A DNA stretch of 64,000 bases, taken from NCBI GenBank assembly GCA_965227775.1, contig OZ245777.1:640001-704000 (forward strand). The letters run 5' to 3'. Below the pieces are notes generated by a model. The model was not told where the DNA came from. It saw only the letters and a program-made list of their open reading frames with translations, and did no database searches. Source of the DNA: Phycisphaerales bacterium. Lineage in GTDB: Bacteria; Planctomycetota; Phycisphaerae; Phycisphaerales; UBA1924. The translations under genes and the position numbers were made by a program. Position 1 is the stretch's first letter; each line of letters starts with the position of its first letter. Below are positions 59,745 to 64,000 of this stretch, piece after piece.

Positions 59745-60950
59745 CTAAGCGAGTTCAAAGACAGTCGCGAGCCCCTGCCCAACGCCGATACAAAGCGACG
59801 CGATCCCCCGTTCGGTCCCGCTGCGACGCATCTCGTGCACGAGCGTGGCGGCCAGCCGTGCGCCGCTGCAGCCCAACGGATGCCCCATCGCGATCGCGCC
59901 CCCGTTGACGTTGAGACGATCGTCACTGATCCCAAGCTCGCGCTGGCACGCAACCGCTTGCGCCGCGAACGCCTCGTTGATCTCGAATCGACCGACGTCG
60001 CCGAGCGCGAGCCCGGATCGATCGAGCACACGACCGATCGCGGGAACCGGGCCGAGCCCCATGAGCGCCGGAGCAACGCCCGCTGAGGCGCCCGCACCGA
60101 CGTACGCCAGCGGCGCATAGCCCAACGATTTCGCCAACTCGGATTCCATGATCAGCAATGCAGCCGCACCGTCGTTGACGCCAGACGAGTTTCCAGCGGT
60201 GACCGTTCCTGCGTCGTCTTTGGCGAACACCGGCCTCAGCTTCGCGAGCGCCTCGAGCGTCGTACCGGGCCTTGGGTGCTCGTCGGTGTCGAACACGATC
60301 GGATCGCCACGGCGCTGCGGAACCTCGATCGGCAGCAACTCGTCATCGAATCGACTGGCTGCGTGGGCCAGGGCCCAACGCTCCTGGCTACGAAGCGCAA
60401 AGACATCCTGGTCTTCGCGGCTGATGCCGTGCTTCCTCGCAACGTTCTCTGCGGTCACTCCCAGCGCGTCGGTGTGGCCGAGCCCATCCATCAATGGGTT
60501 GACAAATCGCCACCCAATCGACGTATCGAACATCTCTTGCCCGCGCCCGAACGCTGTCTCCGCCTTGCTCAGCACATACGGCGCTCGGCTCATGGACTCG
60601 ACGCCGCCAGCGATGAAGACGTCACCCGCACCCGCCTCGAGCATTCGCGCCGCCACGTTGATCGCTTCCAGTCCGGACGCGCAGAGACGATTTACGGTTG
60701 CGCCAGGTACCGTTTCGGGCAGTCCAGCGAGCAGAACGGCCATCCGGGCGACATTTCGGTTGTCTTCGCCAGACTGATTGGCCGCGCCAAAGTACACGTC
60801 GTCGATCGACGCGGGATCGACACCCGACCGTTCAACGACGCCCTTGATGACGGCAGCGGCGAGATCGTCGGGACGGACGGAAGCCAGCTGGCCGCCATAA
60901 CGACCAATCGGCGTGCGAACGGCTGACACGATCGTTGCTCGTCTTGGCAT
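59745..60950 (-). CDS. Thiolase, 3-oxoadipyl-CoA thiolase (PcaF/PaaJ)-like
   Basis: RTPIGRYGG, NQSGEDNRNVARM, NRLCASG, GWRFVNP, NEAFA, GHPLG, CIGVGQG. Confidence 0.92.
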   Translation of the reverse strand: MPRRATIVSAVRTPIGRYGGQLASVRPDDLAAAVIKGVVERSGVDPASIDDVYFGAANQSGEDNRNVARMAVLLAGLPETVPGATVNRLCASGLEAINVAARMLEAGAGDVFIAGGVESMSRAPYVLSKAETAFGRGQEMFDTSIGWRFVNPLMDGLGHTDALGVTAENVARKHGISREDQDVFALRSQERWALAHAASRFDDELLPIEVPQRRGDPIVFDTDEHPRPGTTLEALAKLRPVFAKDDAGTVTAGNSSGVNDGAAALLIMESELAKSLGYAPLAYVGAGASAGVAPALMGLGPVPAIGRVLDRSGLALGDVGRFEINEAFAAQAVACQRELGISDDRLNVNGGAIAMGHPLGCSGARLAATLVHEMRRSGTERGIASLCIGVGQGLATVFELA

Positions 60951-61383
60951 CGGTCCATTGTAGTTTGCCGAGTTCCCACTCAAGCTCTTGATGGTCTATC
61001 GGGCTTCGAGTCTGACGCTGTCGCGGCTTGGCGCACGCAGATAAATGGATCCAGAACTGAGCTCCACTTTGGGATGAGGCGCGAGCCTGTTCCACGCACT
61101 GGAATCCGCCTTACGAGATGTTGATCCGCTCAGTCCGCAACGTGCAATGATGCGAGCTCTGCCTATCACCGGAGTACGGAACCGCACACCCACAATCACA
61201 AGCCCGTTGGGCGCAGTTGGAACCTGGCAGCCGGAGCCGGAAGGTGCAATCAGAGGACCGACACCCGATGCGGCTGGGCGCGACGGACTCCGAAGCTGAG
61301 ATGCTGGCGAAGTAGGGCTCGAAGCCCCTGGGCAGGCCCACCTGCGTGGGCGAGCGCCGGCTCATAGGCGGCCAGAGCGAAAG

Positions 61384-61456
<73 letters not shown>

Positions 61457-61627
61457 TGGGTTGAGTCGTTATTGTACCACGAATTTTGCCGCTCGCCCGG
61501 CTCTAGGGCTCATCTACATAAGCATTTCCCCGCAAAACTGCGCTCCAGACGCAACGCCGACGCATGAAAGCTAGTAAGGCTTTACTAAACACGCCCGCCG
61601 CGGGATGCGGGCGAAGGAGGTGGCAAC

Positions 61628-62080
61628 ATGATCCGCACAACGAACCTGCGCAAGGGCCTCGCGGCGATCGCGGCGATCGTGCCGCTGGCACTGATGAGCG
61701 GCTGCTCCAACGGAACCCAGGGCGCGCTTTCCGGCGCCGCTCTGGGCAGCCTTGCCGGCCTGGGCATCGGCTCGGTCACGGGAGACCGCAGCGACGCCGT
61801 CACCATCGGCGCCATCCTGGGAGGCGTCGGCGGCGCGATCATCGGCGATCAGAACGCGCGATCGTCCCGTCGCTCCTACGGGCCATCGCCCAGCGTGTAT
61901 TCGAGCCAGCCGATCTACGTCGACCAGCCCGTGTACGTCGAGTCGCCCTCGCCGGCGTACTACAAGAGCTGGGGCGGCAGCGGTCACTACCACCACCAGC
62001 GCCACTACTACCGTCATCACGCCCCGCGATACCACGCGCCCAGATACCACGGGCACCGGTACTACGACTACTGCCGCTGA
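61628..62080 (+). CDS. Glycine-zipper lipoprotein with His/Tyr/Arg-rich tail
   Basis: Lipobox LMSG-C, GAALGSLAGLGIG...GAILGGVGGAIIG; GGAGG RBS. Confidence 0.82.
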   Translation: MIRTTNLRKGLAAIAAIVPLALMSGCSNGTQGALSGAALGSLAGLGIGSVTGDRSDAVTIGAILGGVGGAIIGDQNARSSRRSYGPSPSVYSSQPIYVDQPVYVESPSPAYYKSWGGSGHYHHQRHYYRHHAPRYHAPRYHGHRYYDYCR

Positions 62081-62117
62081 TCGCAGCTGCTCGGTCTTCG
62101 GCTCCTGCGCTCGGGCT

Positions 62118-62723
62118 CTATCGATTCGGCTTCATGCCTTCGGCAATGTGCCGCAGCGTGTCGGCCCAGAGTCCGGCCTCTTCGCGCAGGTCCTCTTCCA
62201 GCAGGTCCGCCACGGTGGCGAGGTCTTCGTCGCCCACGGCCCGCTTGAGGTCGTCGAGCTGCCGCGCAAGCGCATCCGAACGCGCGTCGAGCGCGCCATC
62301 CGTCGTGTACTGCGAGAGCGATACCCCCACCGCCGCACCGCCCTGCACCACGGCCTGCCGCACGGCCTGCCAGGTCGAGAGCAATTCCGCGAGCGCCTGC
62401 ATCGCCTCGTTCATCTCGCCACGATGGATCATCTCGGCGCAAGCGGCGTGTTCGTCCTGGGCGCCATCCATCGCGTCCGCCGCGTCGAAGAGCGTGACGC
62501 GCACCAGCGACGCTGGGTCAGTCGAGGTCATCTCCAGCACCTGGGCCTCCAGCGGCTCGTCGCTCGGCTCGCCCAGCCGCTCGCCCGTGACCGGCTCGCC
62601 GTCTTGGAGGACCTCGACCACGATGCGCCCCTGGCTGCGCGCTCGCTCAGCGCCGGCCTCGATGGCGGCGGCCAGCGTGGGGCGGTCGATCGCCAGGTCT
62701 TCACCGTCGAGCGTGGCCTTCAT
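62118..62723 (-). CDS. Hypothetical acidic helical protein
   Basis: MKATLDG... downstream of xth with an AGGAG RBS; coherent acidic composition. Confidence 0.65.
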   Translation of the reverse strand: MKATLDGEDLAIDRPTLAAAIEAGAERARSQGRIVVEVLQDGEPVTGERLGEPSDEPLEAQVLEMTSTDPASLVRVTLFDAADAMDGAQDEHAACAEMIHRGEMNEAMQALAELLSTWQAVRQAVVQGGAAVGVSLSQYTTDGALDARSDALARQLDDLKRAVGDEDLATVADLLEEDLREEAGLWADTLRHIAEGMKPNR

Positions 62724-62734
62724 GGCTGGACTCC

Positions 62735-63514
62735 TCACAGATCGAGATCGGCCACGACGGGCGCGTGGTCGGAGATGCCATCGGCAGCTTCGCGGTCGAT
62801 CCAGCAATCCTTCATCGCCTTTTTGGCCGCCGGATTGGCAAGCAGGTAGTCGATCCGCCAACCCCGATCGAGGGACCGAGCCTGCCCGCGGTTGCTCCAC
62901 CAGGTGTACGGCCCGTCCACGTCGCCGTGCTTCTCGCGGATGACGTCGTGCCACCCGGCGTCGAACAGCCCCCCCACCCACGCGCGCTCGTGGGGCAGAA
63001 AGCCGCTGGTCTTCTGGTTGCTCCGCCAGTGGAAGATGTCGCGCTCGGTGTGCGCCACGTTGAAGTCGCCGCCCAGCAGCACGGGCGTCCGCTTGCGCCG
63101 CAGCGGCTGCACCCATTGGCTGAACTCGGGCATCCACTGCTCCTTGATCGCCTGCCGATGCTCGCCCGACGAGCCCGAGGGCAGATACACGCTGGCAACC
63201 ACCAGCCCGCCCACGTTTGCAGAGATCAACCGGCCCTCTTCGTCACCATCGCTGTGGCCGTCGTGCAATCCAAATCTGACTTGCTTTGGCTTGTTCTTGC
63301 TGAGCAGCGCAGTCCCTGAATATCCCTTGCGCGCCGCCGGATTCCAGACGACGTGATACTTGCCCGCATGGATCAGCGGCTCAGGCGCCTGCTCGCGAAG
63401 CGCACGCACCTCCTGCAACAGCACGACATCGGCATCGATCTCGTCGAGCCGGTCTCCCAAGCCCTTCTTCCAGGCCGAACGGATGCCATTGATGTTCCAC
63501 GTCAGGATGCGCAC
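62735..63514 (-). CDS. xth: Exodeoxyribonuclease III / AP endonuclease
   Basis: TWNINGIRS, LQE, GYSG, YLPSG, GDFN, YTWWS.R, GWRIDY, SDHAP; GTG start. Confidence 0.95.
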   Translation of the reverse strand: MRILTWNINGIRSAWKKGLGDRLDEIDADVVLLQEVRALREQAPEPLIHAGKYHVVWNPAARKGYSGTALLSKNKPKQVRFGLHDGHSDGDEEGRLISANVGGLVVASVYLPSGSSGEHRQAIKEQWMPEFSQWVQPLRRKRTPVLLGGDFNVAHTERDIFHWRSNQKTSGFLPHERAWVGGLFDAGWHDVIREKHGDVDGPYTWWSNRGQARSLDRGWRIDYLLANPAAKKAMKDCWIDREAADGISDHAPVVADLDL

Positions 63515-63555
63515 GTGCGAGTGTAAACACACGATTGCGCCGAGCCAACACCGGC

Positions 63556-64000
63556 TCAGCAAGGACTCCACCGTCGCAGCGATCTGCTCGAAGGAACGCA
63601 GAGCGGATGGAGCGGGTCACCAGTCCGAGCTGTACCCAGGCACCACAGCTCGCGGCCCTCAAGTACCGCGATGCTCGACGACCTCTCGCGGCGTCGCCAA
63701 CGGTCGATCGACGCGCCCCAGCCCACGATCACGCGGTCAGCCTGATCGACCGCAGCCTCGACGTAGCGGGCGTTCTCGGGGCCTTCCGAGTCTGGAGCCG
63801 TCATGAGCTCGGCTGGATTTGTCGCTCGGTACGCGTAGAGATTGACGACCACGATGCGGCCCAGGTGCCCACACGTAGAAGCACTAAATCCCCGCACGCG
63901 TCGAAGGGTCTGATCGTCGCTGGTCGCGTCCGCGGTGCTCGGGTTGAGCATGACCCACACGACCGTCGCGCCGCCCGCCGGATCGACGATCCGATCGAGC
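63556..64000 (-). CDS. DUF1643 family protein (5' end beyond the window)
   Basis: MLNPSTAD...DD.T.RR, VNLYAYRATNP, GWG, HPL. Confidence 0.8.
   Translation of the reverse strand, partial: LDRIVDPAGGATVVWVMLNPSTADATSDDQTLRRVRGFSASTCGHLGRIVVVNLYAYRATNPAELMTAPDSEGPENARYVEAAVDQADRVIVGWGASIDRWRRRERSSSIAVLEGRELWCLGTARTGDPLHPLCVPSSRSLRRWSPC

Overview
High-GC bacterial chromosomal window, most likely a Planctomycetota (Phycisphaerales-like) genome. That assignment is inferred from C-terminal 'GC-dockerin'-like tails, an ECF sigma/Ser-Thr kinase pair and a prepilin/H-X9-DG protein. Left to right it contains: a partial S9 peptidase; a complete cbb3 oxidase operon (fused ccoNO, ccoQ, ccoP, ccoG, fixH, DsbD_2-type, ccoI and a 46-aa ccoS missed by the ORF track) divergent from an Rrf2 regulator; an ECF sigma, a Ser/Thr kinase-TPR protein and a secreted FG-GAP protein; a ~16 kb chemosensory island bounded by tRNA-Val(TAC) and an exact 23-bp copy of its 3' end; dnaB, pdxH, c-di-GMP/HDOD genes and mixed housekeeping genes; and, next to tRNA-Lys(CTT), an RpiR-regulated cluster. 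That cluster encodes a divergent KamA-family radical-SAM aminomutase, a PcaIJ-like CoA-transferase, a HemL-like class III aminotransferase and a PcaF-like thiolase. It is the best candidate for an undescribed system: an alpha-to-beta amino acid, beta-keto acid, thiolysis catabolic route, possibly 2-aminoadipate to 3-aminoadipate to 3-oxoadipate. All calls come from reading motifs by eye; no searches were run.
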